Program-made: the position numbers and the translations under genes
Origin: Camelus dromedarius
Lineage: Eukaryota
Direction: 5' to 3'
Length of the DNA: 64,000 nt
Assembly (NCBI RefSeq): GCF_036321535.1
Contig: NC_087436.1
Location: 93,186,001 to 93,250,000 of the forward strand
The notes under the pieces: generated by a model
What the model saw: the letters and a program-made list of their open reading frames with translations, nothing else
Databases searched by the model: none
Told to the model about the DNA's origin: nothing
Part shown: positions 24,935-37,866 of the stretch, one piece after another
Numbering within the stretch: the first letter of the stretch is position 1
Layout of the letters: every line of letters starts with the position of its first letter

Positions 24935-25110
24935 CTCTTCATGAAAACCATGATGTAGTTACTATATTATTCCCATTTTGCAGACAAGGAAACAAAGAAC
25001 AAAGGCCTGAAGTGATTGAGTAACTTGCCAAAGAGCACACAGCTAAGAAGTTGTGAATCCAGGAACTGAATTTAGGCCGTCTGACTCCAGAATGCCAGCT
25101 CCCAATGACC
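24935..25110 (-). mobile_element. MIR SINE
   Basis: attattcccattttgcagacaaggaaac...gaagtgattgagtaacttgccaaagagcacacagctaag...ccaggaactgaatttaggccgtctgactccaga. Confidence 0.8.
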
Positions 25111-25179
25111 AAACTGCACTGCCTTTTGAAGGACAGGTGTTGAGAAGACTAACTGAGGGCTCTAAGGAGTGGTATCCGG

Positions 25180-25245
25180 GCCACTCATTCAGTAAAACAC
25201 TTATTGAGTGCCTACTACATGCCATGTGCCGAAAATACCCCCAAC
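25180..25245 (-). mobile_element. L2 3' end fragment
   Basis: cactcattcagtaaaacacttattgagtgcctactacatgccatg. Confidence 0.65.
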
Positions 25246-27244
25246 ACTCTTGAACACTGTTCATACGTAGTCAACATTCCTGTTGCTTTCCTAGTTGCCA
25301 TTTGCGGTATCTCCCAGTCAGGGAGCATGTAGAATCTGTTAGACAAGGAAATTTGTTAAGAATTGGTTCTTTCCCCTTCTTAGAAGGTCTTTATACCTTC
25401 TGATTGAAAACAATCACCAGTCCTCTCAACATTACATGGGACTTTAACAAGAGCCAGTGGGAACATGTAGCAGCCTGGAATGGCATAGGCAGAAAGGGAA
25501 ATGGAGAAATGCATAAAGTGGTGTTTCTGCTCTATTATTAGAATGAGTATATTGGCAACTTTTCTATGCTTTCCTTCACAAAGGCAAGCCACTCGGAGGA
25601 TGCGTGCCCCTGCTTCCCACCTTGTAAAGGTCTTCCAGACAAGAAGAGTAGTGGTCACCCAATCACCTTCAGCACACCTGACACAAAAGGCAGGAGAGCC
25701 GAGTGGCATGTGTCCCCCCTGTCAGCCCCGCAGCCCGCTCCCCCAGGCAGCATTCCTGAATGCTCAGCCTCCGTGTGACTTGACGTTCACGGAGCTCAGC
25801 ACCCAACAAGGCGCAGTGCGGAACAACCCCCTTCTCCTAAGGCCGCAGAGTCAGCCCCACTGGGAACAGCCCAAAGAGAAGTTGCAGGCTCCCGAGACAT
25901 CTGGTCTATTCAGCACCATGAAGGAAATAGCAGTCGTTCAGTGAGGGAATAAAAATGAGGAGTTGGCTGAATAAAGGTGATAAAAATAGATTTTTCCGAC
26001 TCCGCGAAGATGAATCATTTTGCCGTGGGGATTCGCCAGGCTCTGTTTCAGCTTCGTTTTCAACCCAGCCTCATAAATTTGACTAAGGAAAATTTCCTTC
26101 TCCGAGATAACCAGTGCCATGAAGCGTTTAGCATTTGGACAGTTTTGATGGGATTTTATTCAAGAATTGTCCAGAAAGAGCCGCCATTCCTTCCCTAGCC
26201 TGAGGTAAATATTGACTCTGAAGGACAAGAGTGGGCTTAGGCTGGGATATGCAGCCCTTGACCTCAGACTCGCCTCCCTCCCCACCTCCCTCCTCTATTT
26301 CCTCCTCAGTTCTTTCCCTCCTTGTTTTAAGAAGTGGAGACATTTAGGAAGCAAAGGGAGCAGTGGAAATGAGCAGGATGTGAGGGGGGCTCAGGTGAAA
26401 CAGCACCCCACAGGTATGTCCTCACATTTTTCCCATGACGCTATGTGCTGTTGAGGAATAAACTTTTAAGATGTAGCAGAGTTGCCTCTAATTTACACAG
26501 TTCTTGAAAATCCCCTTTATTTTGACTGTGTCTATGTATCTTCCATGACACATCCCAAAAGAAAAGACAATGTTTTCTTTAGAAAAGGGAAAAAAAGATT
26601 TAATTAAAAGCAACAGGTGGTAAAAATAACAGAGGACAAGGTATTATTTTAGCCATACTCTAAGTGTAGAATAAGGAACTTTTCAAAAAAAACAAGTGTT
26701 AAAATCTAAACAGCTTCCTTCCTTCACTCATGGACACCCATCATCATGTATTTTTTTTCATAATGCATTTTACTTACCGCTACATGGCCTCATATTCCAC
26801 ATAAAACTCCAGTCTGCCCACACCTGGGGGGTGGGTGGGGCATCTCTCCTGCGTGCTCCCAACTGTCAGCCCCAACACAGCAGCTGAAGTGCCCTTACAT
26901 TCCCTTTCCCAAAACAGTCCTCAGCACAGGAAACCCAGCTCTGCCCGGAGCAGGCTGCAGCAGCTGAAATGCTGATGCAGTGAAAGAGGACCAACTGGAA
27001 GACAGCGCGATTGCCACACCTATCGGGGAGGGAGGCGGAGAACTGGGCTCCCAGTGAGGAAGGGGGACAGAGTTCCCAGGAGGTAGATGTGCCCCATGCA
27101 GTTCTGCAGGAGAGCTTGGTCACAGCTGCTACTGCACAGCAGGCACCCAATGCCATCACTCAGCCTGGATCCAGAAGAGGCACCCGGTAGGACCTGAGGA
27201 AGGACAGGGCAAGTCCCAACTCTGGAAGAAAGTGGCCTCATTGC

Positions 27245-27332
27245 CCTCTGGGTCTCAGTTTCCTCATTTGTGAAATAATGGTGAATTTATTTCGAAAATA
27301 ACTCTCTAAGTAGCTTCTAGTCCTGAAATCTT
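27245..27332 (+). mobile_element. MIR (MIR3-like) fragment
   Basis: ctctgggtctcagtttcctcatttgtgaaataatgg...ctctaagtagcttctagtcctgaaatct. Confidence 0.65.
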
Positions 27333-27369
27333 AAGGCCATCAAAGTCATCACAAACATAATACGCAAGG

Positions 27370-27510
27370 GAAGCTACAATTTGTTGAACAGACTATGTAC
27401 CATCCACATATTAGGCATTTTACATATACCACCTCATTTAATCCCACGATACAGAGATGAGATTTATCAACCCCATTTTATAGATGAGGAAACTAGCGAC
27501 CTCACTCCAT
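27370..27510 (-). mobile_element. MIR fragment
   Basis: ggcattttacatataccacctcatttaatcccacg...ccccattttatagatgaggaaact. Confidence 0.7.
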
Positions 27511-28079
27511 GATTCCCCATGAAAATAAAGGATCATCGTATCCAGTCAGTATTCTGAATTTAAATGGAAGCATTTAATCTTTGTGCCTGAAATTGAGATG
27601 ACATCTGAGGATGGAATTTCTGCACTGTTGGGTGATTAATGTGTTTACAGTCATCCACTGCTATAATTCTGAGGTACCAGTATTTATGGTTATGGTCGTT
27701 CGTGCTACTGCAAAACCCATTTCCCACCTGTTGTTTTTTATTAAACCTCCCTAAAGGACATGAAATATTTCTTTGTGCAGATTCTAAAAACGGGGATCAT
27801 GAAATATGTGAGCAGAAACCTCGTGTGTGGATTTACCATTTGGAATTTTCGAATGCTATAAAACACAGTGTTTACAACCAATTCATCATTTACAAAAGTT
27901 TATTAGATTGATATGCCCACTGACTCTCTGGTATCCTGCCATTTATGGATACCAATACATCAAACAGTAGGCTGACATTTAATGTTTATTAATAACTTCT
28001 GTGTTTCCTTGCCTATTTTAAAGTATCCTTGCATTATGTTCTGTTTTATGTTTATCTTCAATCATTTTGGTTTTCAAGG

Positions 28080-28530
28080 ATACTTTTTATTTTAAAATAG
28101 CTTTTAGATTGACAGAAAAATTGCAAAGACGGTCCAGAGAGTTCCAGCATAACTTGTATTCTGCATTTTATATTATGAGCCAGTGGTTAGTACCATTTAT
28201 TACAACTAATGAACAACCATTGGTACATCAGCACCAGCTAAACTTCATGTTTCGTTTGGGTTTGATTAGTTTTTCCCTAATGTACTTTTTCTGTTCCCAC
28301 ATCCATCCAGGATACTACATCACATGATAGTCACCATATCGCTTTAGCTTCTTCTGGACTTTGCTTATGTCTCAGACTTTCCTTGTTTCTGATGACCTTG
28401 CCTGTTTTGAGAAGTACTGGTCAGGTACCTTGCACCTCAATTTGGGTTTGTCTGCTATTTTTCTCCTGGTTAGACTGGGGCCAAGGAGGACCACTGAGGT
28501 GACACCATTCCCATAACATCTTATCAGTCA
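28080..28530 (-). mobile_element. L1 3' end (L1MC1/2-like)
   Basis: ttttaaaatagcttttagattgacagaaaaattgcaaaga...ccatccaggatactacatcaca...gatgaccttg..ttttgagaagtactggtcagg. Confidence 0.8.
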
Positions 28531-28611
28531 TCCTTTTTTATATCTAAGGAAAATATTTAAGTCAAAGCAAAACTTCCAGCTGAATAAGGTTACTTTTAGA
28601 AAAGACAAATT

Positions 28612-28698
28612 GGGGGAGAGAAATAGCTCAGTGGTAGAGCACATGCTTAGCATGCATGAGGTCCTGGGTTCAATCCCCAATACCTCCACTTAAAAAAA
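28612..28698 (+). mobile_element. tRNA-derived SINE, camelid Vic-1 type
   Basis: A box TAGCTCAGTGG (28624-28634), B box GGTTCAATCCC (28667-28677), A tail, 13-bp TSD agaaaagacaaat (28598) / agaaaagataaat (28699); sequence matches my recollection of the camelid SINE. Confidence 0.85.
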
Positions 28699-29538
28699 AG
28701 AAAAGATAAATAAAATACCAAACTATTTACTCAGAAATACAGTCTTTTATCCTGTGGAGAGAATGCCAGAGAGAGAAACTAAGTTTTGTGTCCATTTTGA
28801 GATGAGGGTAGACCTAAGATCTAGCAGGAAGCCAGCTAATTACAAAAGAGGTGTCTAGCAAGTTCTTTTGCAAGGCTTGCCAAGACAAATTTCCTACAAA
28901 ATAATCTCAGATGATGGCACATTTTAAGAGAAGTTGTTTCAACCTAGCATGATCTCACTCTTTCAAACAATACATCCAGACATTTGGTGAAGTTTTTTTT
29001 TTTTTTTTTTTTTTCTTTTCCCTGTTGTCAAACCACAGAATCCCTACAAACCTGGGTTTGGAGTACAGGCTAAAAATTAGATCCACAGAAATTCCTTCTT
29101 TAGGCAAGCTATGACTATGAAAAAAAGAAGCAAGACTTAGGCTGAAATATGTATTTCCTGCTATTATGTATTTTTTCCTCACAGTTCCTAATTGAAGGTC
29201 TGTTCCTAAGGGGGAAAAAGCGAGGAACTCATGTCATGTCACAAACTCTGCTAAATGCTGTTCAATGAAAGATAAGGGAGAACAAGTGGTTTCTTTCTTC
29301 AAAGAATGGTATTTTTTTTTCCTCAGGGACAGGAAGTGGGTAGAAAAACCTAGAAAAAAAAGTTTTTTAGCACTGCTATATATAACCCTCCACCTCTGCA
29401 GAGACACACAGTAATTATGGAAACAACCTTGGAAAAATAATTTGTGGTGCACAAAGAGGATATTAGACTTTAGCTAGCAAGTCTAGGCATTCACAGCACA
29501 TATGAATAAGAATTTAAGTACTAATCTGGCTTACCCAC

Positions 29539-29929
29539 TGTTATGGGCTGAATTGTGTACCCCTCCCACCTCCAAATTCACATGTGGAAGTCAGAACCCC
29601 CATTAACTCAGAAATGTGGCTGTATTTGTAAATACGGTCTTTAAAGAAGTGATTATGTTAAATGGGGTCATTTATAGTGGGCCCTGGTCCAGTATGATTT
29701 GTGTCCTTATAAGAAGAGGTAATCAGGAAACACACACGCAGAGGGAAGACCATGTGAAGACCCAGTGAGAAGACAGCCATCCACAAGCCAAGGACAGAGA
29801 CCTCAGAATAAACCAACCCTGCCCATACCTCGATCTCAGACCCCAAGCCTCCAGAATTAGAAGAAACTTTCTATCACTTAGGATACCTAGTCTGTGATAC
29901 TTGGTCATGGCAGCCCTAGCAAATGAACA
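29539..29929 (+). mobile_element. MaLR solo LTR (MLT1A/B-like)
   Basis: tgttatgggctgaattgtgt...ccttataagaagagg...gaagaccatgtgaagac...gcctccagaa...tggcagccctagcaaatgaaca. Confidence 0.9.
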
Positions 29930-30289
29930 TGCTTACCTAGTACTAAGAGTGAAGACTCCAGGGGTCTAAGAGACTAGAGTGTATGAGATTGGTTGGGTAT
30001 TATATCTTAACAAATTGTCAATTACATGAAGATCGTTCTAAGTCACTATCTTGTCATGATTGTCATACCTGAGTGCAATTGCTCATGACTCCTCCTGTGG
30101 TCTCAAACTCCTTTCCTCACTCCCTAGTCTCTGCCAGTGAAAGTCAAACACTCCAAAGATCAGACTACAATCTGTCAGAGAAAAAGCTTCAAAGTTTGTG
30201 TTTATAGAAAAAGAAATAATTTGTCTTCATATATTCTTGAGCGTAAGGATTTAACTTTAAAATAAGCTACTCATTAACCTAGTCCAATT

Positions 30290-31300
30290 TTTTAATAACT
30301 TTTTCCATGAATTCCAAACCAACATTTTCCAATTGTCTGCCAGACATCTGCACATGAATATCTCTTAAAGGTAGCCAACTCAATATGTCCAAAAGAGAAC
30401 TCATCTTTTCTCTTGGAACCCAGTTCTCATCCCCTGCTCCCATGATTCCTATTAATGGCATCACTATTCGCCAAGTTGCTCAAATCCAAAATGTAGATGT
30501 CATCTTCCTAAGATTATTTATCATATTTCATCAATTCCAAGGAAGGTGTACATTTTTTTAATCTCTAAAATAAAGATGTATCTTTCCATGGCTGGTATAT
30601 TGTGCACTGTGTCATAATTTAGTTGATGGCTTTTTAAAAATTATACTTTAAAAAATGGTGTGTCTTATAATTGACGGCATATTACTTTCAGTGAAAAGCA
30701 TAGAAACATAAATCCTGTCTCCTCACCTCCACTGTCACTGCTTCTACCAAGGTTTAGTAGCAGACATCATCTCTCATTTGGACTACTTGTCTCCTAATTG
30801 GCTTTTGTATGGTCTCTTCCCATAATCCATTTTCCATACAGCCGCCAGAGTTATCTGGAACATAAGATTCCTCTGTTTTCAGTGGCTCTTACTGCATATG
30901 AAATGAGTCCAAACACCTCCAGATGGCATTTCCAGTCTCAGCTTACTCTTTCTCGTTCACTTTTCACAGCACTGAATTCTCTTAGGGACCCTGGGCTCCG
31001 CCACCTACAAAAAACAGCCACTCCTGGACAAGACCCAGGTTTTGTGGTTCAGAGCCTTTCTTGTTCCATGCCCTGAGGCTAGAATGTCCTTCCCCAACCC
31101 CAGTGGTCTTCACTAATTGTAGATGCATGTTCAGACCCCAAGTCTTCCAAAGTTTACTCTCAAACAGAAACTTTTTCCTTGTTCTTCCTTGCATATTATA
31201 TTTCATTAACATTTCACAGTCTACCTTTATTAGACTTTATTGGTACACTTGTCTCCTAGAAGGTCATCCTCTGAAAGGCAGGAATTATATCTTGAGTCAT
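30290..31300 (+). mobile_element. L2 LINE fragment, interrupted by MER104-like element
   Basis: ccagacatctgcacatgaatatctc...actcaatatgtccaaaagagaactc; after the insert catcatctctcatttggactac...ttcagtggctctt...cctagaaggtcatcctctgaaaggcaggaatt. Confidence 0.75.
30520..30703 (+). mobile_element. TcMar-Tc2 MITE (MER104/Kanga-like)
   Basis: catatttcatcaattccaag...tacattttt...ctctaaaataaagatgtatct and end tggtgtgtcttataattgacggcat...cagtgaaa. Confidence 0.6.
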
Positions 31301-31510
31301 AAGTGGATTTTCACTTGGAAGGCAAGAGAGAACATATCATCTTTTTTGAGTGTATATGTGCAGAAGAAAACTGGGAAACAGACCTTAGACGTCATCCAAG
31401 GAAAAACTGTGCTATCTTTAAAGTACTATAAACACAGGGGACAAATTTGCAGAAGAATTAGAAATCTATGCCCTGCTTTCTCAGTAGATTAAGACAATCT
31501 TTTCATTCAC

Positions 31511-32050
31511 TGTGGTAGGCAGCTTCTTAACAGCTCCCAGTGATCCCTTCCTCCTGTACACAGGTCCTTGTGTAATCTCCTCCCCTTCAGTGTGGGTTAG
31601 ACCTAGTGACTTGCTTTGATTAACAGAATATTGCAGAAGAGATGAAATGTCACTTCTGAGGCTAGGTTACAAAGGATTGTGATGTTCTCCCTCCCTCCTC
31701 TCTTTCTGGTTATTCCTGCTTGCTCACTCTCATGAAGCAAGCTGCTCCACTGTGAGCTGTTCTATGCGAACAGGCCCACATGGCAAAGAACTGAGAGTGG
31801 CTTTGGCCAACATCCTGCAGAGAACTGAATCCCGCCACTGTCCACCTGAGTGAACATAGAACCAGATCCTTCCCTAGTCAAGTCTTTAAATGACTGGCCA
31901 ATACCTTGACAGAAGCCTTACGAGAGATCCTGAATCAGGAACCCAACTAAGCCGAGATTCTTGACCCACAGGAACTCTGGGATAGTAAACATTGTTTTAA
32001 GCCACTAAATTTTGGGGTAATTTGTTACACAGCAATGGATAACTAATACA
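31511..32050 (+). mobile_element. MaLR solo LTR (MLT1F/G-like)
   Basis: tgtggtaggcagc...cccacatggcaaagaactgag...tttaagccactaaattttggggtaatttgttacacagcaatggataactaataca; near TSD ttcac/ctcac. Confidence 0.9.
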
Positions 32051-33327
32051 CTCACTAAATATGAAAAGCAGAAGGCAGATAATAAACACAGGATGAATGG
32101 AAAGGACGAAAACTTTTATAGGGCTTTCCCAAGTCCTCAAGAAGGATGGACAAGGGGACTAACTTATTGGTCTGATCCAAACAATCAGTAGATAACCAGA
32201 AGCCAGCCTGTTTCAGTGGCAATCAGCATCACCCTTTACCCTGGTGTAACTCACTGTGGGTGATGGGTCTCACTCACTGACATACTTTTATTTTTGTATT
32301 CATTGTGCGCTAAGTCTCTTGATTTAGGTCATAAATTAACTGTAGTCCCGGTTCTACAAGTGATATGTGTAGTGGGAGATACACCTAGGATGTTCCCTTA
32401 GCCCAGGAAAAGCCTAAAATGCCTTTCTGAGGTGTTTGGGTTTTATTCCTATATGCAGTGGGCAGCCAGGTAAGGTTAGTGAGGAAACAAGGGACCTGAG
32501 ACAACCTGTACTTTAGAAGGTACCTGTGGAAGCTGTTACAATTAGCAGCACACAAGCCATGTTGACCTTGGAGGCATCGAACGATCTCAGCACCCCCTAG
32601 GTTCATAGCCTGTCATTCAACTAAACACAGGATTGCGAGGACCAACGACTTCATGCATTCTGTTGTTGCTTTTCCCTCCAGTCAATGTTCTTTTATGTCT
32701 AAACCTACTACCATGCTAACCACCATCCCCACTTCGGCTTGGTTTTGGCACCAAACTGGAGAGCTTCAAATTGAGCATTCCTGCTGTCTGTGGTGCAGAA
32801 ACACAAGCGAGGTTTCTCTCACCGCACCAGGGCTGACAATAAAGGAACGTGTGTCACTCAGTTCAAGTGTGGCTGAGATTCTTCACCAGGTCTATTCATT
32901 TCCCTCAGTGAAATGTACCTCCTTCACACAGAACATCGCTCAGCTACTAGTTTCCACTTGTCCCCCGAAGCAGAGCAAGACCACTGATCGCACCAAGCAA
33001 TGACCACAAAGAGTAGAGTGTGATGGGGAAATACGCTGGGTGGGCGTGTTCCAAGCCTCCCCTCTTCTCCTGCCTGGGAAGGAGAGTTCTGTGTCTGCCT
33101 CTTCCCGAGTTTTTTTGTTGTCCAGAATCAGAACCACGACTCTGGGGAGGCACTGAAAGGAGCTAAGTCTAGCTGGGTTGATTTGCCCCTGAAAAGGCTG
33201 AGGATTAGTGGCAGTGGCAGAGGAAGGGGTAAGAAGCGAGAGAGACAAGAGCTAGTACAGGGTGAGTCTGGGCGATTTTAGGTAGTTGGGGTGGGAAGAG
33301 ATTTGCGGGGGAGCTAACAAGTCCAAG

Positions 33328-33343
33328 GGGTGTGTGTGTGTGT
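33328..33343. repeat. (TG)n microsatellite
   Basis: Seen directly. Confidence 0.85.
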
Positions 33344-33774
33344 GAAGACAGAAAGACAGAGAAGAGAGAGAGGGAGGAGGGCGTTTTAGGAAGTTCCACT
33401 GCATGTTATGAAGGGAACCGCTCTATCATCTTTTGGGGAAAGACTTTCGTAAAGATGCCTGGTGTTCCCCTATTCTCAATTCCTGTGCTGGTTCTTCATT
33501 GACTGTGATATTTGAGGTGTGGTCACATGGAGACTGATTTTATAGGGGTGATAGGAGAAACATTACATTTACAGTGCCTTTTAAAACAGGCCACTGCCTC
33601 AACTTGGTGAAATTAATAGACCTTAAATGAGAAGGATGAGAGGCTGTCTTCCAAAAACATACAAGATCTCCTTAGAGGCTGATGCTGCCAGACAGATGTT
33701 TCGGAGTGCTGCAGTCCAAGGATGCACTGGAAGGTGTAATGGAGATAGTGGAACACAGTAGAAAAGGCACAGCA

Positions 33775-33980
33775 TCTGGGTTTGGGCAAATCAGGGTCCA
33801 ACTCTCCATTTTGCCTCTTATTTGTTAAAAAGCTGGTAACTTACTTCTTTGCACCTTTGTTTCCCGAGATATAGTAAAGGCGCAGCAATCACCACGTTGC
33901 AGGGCAATTACAAAGACTGAGAAGGATAATTTAGCACCGCACTGGTACACGGCAGGTACTTAATACACGATGGTTGTCAT
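33775..33980 (+). mobile_element. MIR fragment
   Basis: ggtaacttacttctttgcacctttgtttcc...gactgagaaggataat...tggtacacggcaggtacttaatac. Confidence 0.55.
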
Positions 33981-34964
33981 GATGGTGACTTATACCTTTG
34001 GCCTCCCTCTTTGCCTGCTCTCCCTCCTCCTGGCCTGAAACAATCATTTTAACTGAAAGAGAAACACAGGCAGAGAACAGAACTCTGACCAGCGTTTCTG
34101 AGGGAACCTGTTGAAGGAAGGTAAATGCTCTAGAATTTCTAAATGAAGTTGTAAAATACAAACCTAAAATAAAAGACATTGATAAGGATGAGCTGAGACA
34201 GACAAGAGCGTCTCTCCAGGGAGGATTTGCAGGAAACCCCTTCTTGGCAGGTAGACACCTAGAACACCTGGGACTCAAATTTATTGCGTTGTTGTCTTCC
34301 GAAAATTACGGAGCTTCTGGAAAGGCTTTTCACTCCTACTACTCAGTTTTCAAAAGCTTCATGTCTACCTTTGTCCAAAGCAGTACTTTTAATCTTCTCA
34401 TACCATGGACAACCCTCCTGCCTTTTCATCATCTCTCCTCCTCTGACTTCCCTCAAACAATGAAACATCAACCATCCAGGTATCAGTTTCATAAAATAAA
34501 GCAGATACTTTTTGAAAGCTTCCTAAGGCCCACAGAGTTTATGGAAACTTACATTTTTTTAATCCATTTCAGAAAGCTCAGCTCTAAGCCTATGTGAAGT
34601 CTTACCCTTTGATTAAAGAATACATCTCTTTTTCCAAAGAATCAGTTTTTGAATGGGTTAGCATAACTAAGCGGTAGGATAAATCTACCGGTTACATTCC
34701 TGCTGTTCCCTGCTCAACTTCAGTTAGCATCAAACTTCAGCCTCCATCAGGAGAAGAGACGTTCCGCGAAGGGAGTCCTTTCACAGAGCTTGGAAAGATG
34801 TTTTGAAGGTATTGGCCAAAAGGAATCAAAAAAAAAAAAAAAAAAAGATGAACTGAAAAAATGTCTTTGCTTTCCCCTCTTTCTCAGAAAAAGTAAAATA
34901 ATTGTCATTTACATGTATTCCATTTTCAACTGGGAACACGTGAGTAATACAGCCTAGAAGAAAG

Positions 34965-35090
34965 GCGGCCTCGGCTTTGAATCCATCTCAGCTTTTACTA
35001 TTTGCGTTATCTTCCCCTTGATGGACCCATGTGTCCTCATCTGTAAAGCAAATATATCTAAGATGCCCTTCCAGCTGTAAAATTCTTTTT
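34965..35090 (+). mobile_element. MIR3-like fragment
   Basis: tgtgtcctcatctgtaaagc...tatctaagatgcccttccagctgtaaaattct. Confidence 0.55.
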
Positions 35091-36162
35091 TTCTCAGATT
35101 CCTTTCATCCTCACAGATTCACATGCAAGATTAAGCAAATATTTCATGACAGCTCTAGGAAGGTTCAGCACCTGAAAGCAGAATCCCCAAATTCCTATTT
35201 CTAATTGTACTTCACACGTGCACACACACACAGACACACAACAGCTACTACAATGAAAACCTGAGCAAGAAAAGGCTTAATCTCCAAATTCATAGTGCAA
35301 GCAAAGATTTCATACACTTGTGTCTCTTGCACAAAGTCTAATCTTTCTGGGCTGAAACAGAGTTTAGCATGATCTCTAACGACCATTAAATTGAGTTTCA
35401 GGATGTGGCTTAATTGTGCAATACTTTCGAAATGGCCAAAAAAAAGGGCAGCGTTTTTAAAAGTCATTGGTACGCCAAGACCTAAATTTGAGGTCTTTCT
35501 CTCTGGCAACGGCAAACAGTAACACTAACACCTAAACAAGAATGCAGGCATCTGCAGGCAGTCACCACGCGGCCGCGTATGTCAGCAATCGCTACGGAGG
35601 AAACGCAGACCCAGATCCAGGGTCTCTGCATTCTTGCCAGGAAATGATTTTCAACTACTTTGTTTTAACACCTTCACCCCTGAATTCTCTGTAACCACAG
35701 CTCAACTCAGGGGCTAAAATACACCTATTCATGCCTTTGTAAATCTACACGTGTTTATAATTTGGGATTGCTGTGTGAAAACACACTTTTCTATTTATCT
35801 TCAAGTCAAGCAGCTGGGCCATCTTAATGGATTCTTCTCAACACCAGGCCATTAAGACACACGGGTTCCAGGCATGCAAAACCCTCTTAGATCTCCGTGG
35901 CCCCTGCTACTGATGGCTGCTGGATCAAGAGATGGTAGGGGACCTGTCAACCCCCTGACAAAGCACAAACCAATCCAAAAGTCTGTAGGTGCACTTGAGG
36001 AATGCTGTCTGCTCTTTTCTGAGTGTAATCAACATGTCACATGAAAGGCTGCATCTCTACCCATCTAGGATTGTCTCTGCCGCCTTCAAATTTACTGCGT
36101 ATTTGAAGTCCCTCCTCCCTCCTCAAAAAAGATCTGAGACTTAATGTCTTTTAATCCCTAAT

Positions 36163-36850
36163 GTTTTATATTATAGATTTTCAAGTCTACCAAAAAGTTG
36201 CAAGAACAGCACCATGACGACTACATACCCATTATCTAGATCCAAAATTCTGCCACATTTCTCTCCCTCTCTTCCTTCCTCTCTCTCTCCTTCCCTCCCT
36301 CCCTCCATCTTTCCGTGTGAATGTGTATATAAAATTATACAATATACGCACAGACTTTTTGCTGAACAATTTGAGGATTAGTTGTACATGTTGCAACACT
36401 TCATGTCTAAAGACTCCAGCTTACGTAGCTCTTAACATCGAGTATTCCCCTATATCCACCACTAGCTTGGACAAGACAGTTCTCACACAGGAAAGAAATT
36501 CAACGCTGAGAGGATACTATTATCTAATATTCAAAACACACTCAAGTTTCCCCAATTGTCCCAATAATGTCTATTATTGTTGCTTTTTCTCAACCAAGGA
36601 TCACACGTGGCACTTGGCTGTCCTATGTCCTCAGCCACCTTTCATCTGCAGCAATTGTAGGGGGTGTCAGGTGTCCTTAATGACACTGACAATGTTAAGG
36701 AATGTGGTCCAGCTGTCTTATGGAATGTCCCTCATTTGGACTTGTCTGATTGCTTCCCCAGAATTGGATTTAGGCGAAATATTTTAGCAGACACTCCATC
36801 AAGGTGATGCTGTGACTGACTGCTTAGTGCATCACTAGGACACCTTACAT
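36163..36850 (-). mobile_element. L1 3' end (L1MC4/5-like)
   Basis: caaaaagttgcaagaacag...tttttgctgaacaatttgaggattagttg...caagtttccccaattgtcccaataatgtc...ggaatgtccctcatttggacttgtctgattg. Confidence 0.8.
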
Positions 36851-37089
36851 CACTGCACCCATTGTAGGTATTGGTAAGTTTGAGCATGGCCAATTAACTG
36901 CCTAAAGCTACAATGCTTTGATATGAATACCACATCGTTTACACACTTTCAATTTCAAGCTGTTAACAGTAGTTATTCAAAAACCTCAATCCCTAAAGCA
37001 TACTTCAACGCATCTGTCTTTTATGTCTCTAATATATTGTCATTTTCTCATAAACCAGGAGATGCTAACTGTATTCTATAATAAAAGAT

Positions 37090-37700
37090 CACATGGACTA
37101 TAAACACTAAAGGATTCACAAAGGAAGTGATTTTTGCATTGGGTCTTGATAAGTAAATAGGATTTTGTTAAGAAGAGCAAGGAGAGAGTATTATATTCAT
37201 AAAAAGTGTCACGGGAAAAGGCTTTATATGTGAGAGTGAATAACATTTGAGGCACTATGAGTTGACTGTAATAATCCAGGCAAGAGATGAGAAAGGCTTG
37301 CTCGAGGCCTTGTCTAGTGGCCAAAGGAAATGCAGACAAGTAGACAGACTGAAGAAACTTGCCAAATTCTCTGATAGCTCAGCTAGGGCAACTGCATGTT
37401 TATGAAGCCTTTGCTGACATGGGTGGGCGGGCGTGGTCATTTAAGTCTAAACTGAATACGCTATGCTTGAGGCACTGGTAGGACATCCAGGTGGAGCTGT
37501 CCAATAAGCAGAACAAGAGGCCTGGAGTTTACGAGGAAAAAAACCTGGTGAGAAATGATGCTCTGGGTCAATGCTATGAAGATGGAAAGTCATGAAGACT
37601 GGCAAGAACATGAGTAGTGAAAGGAAGCAGACAATAGGTCTGAGGCGTGCTCTGGAAGAATGGTAACAGGATGCAGGAGGGGAGAGGAGGGTGGCAGTTC
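37090..37700 (-). mobile_element. L2 fragment
   Basis: gtaataatccaggcaagagatgag...ggtaggacatccaggtggagctgtccaataagcag...ggcctggagtt. Confidence 0.75.
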
Positions 37701-37866
37701 TGTTTCTTGCTGAGACATTGCCTCGTGCACTGGTTTTTGGAAATGCTGATCTGAAGGTAATTGGAAGAGAGAAAAAAAGAGTTTGACCAGATTAGTAGAT
37801 TAAGGAATCATGAGTGAATGGGCAATAAGAAACTATACTTAATTTTTTTTTAACCGAAAAGAACTC

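Noticed and set aside
28612-28690. tRNA-like sequence as a real tRNA gene
   Set aside because: A tail, TSD and a degenerate acceptor stem indicate a SINE.
36317-36787. 156-aa plus ORF, the longest gap-free ORF in the track
   Set aside because: Lies antisense within an L1MC 3' region; low-information peptide.
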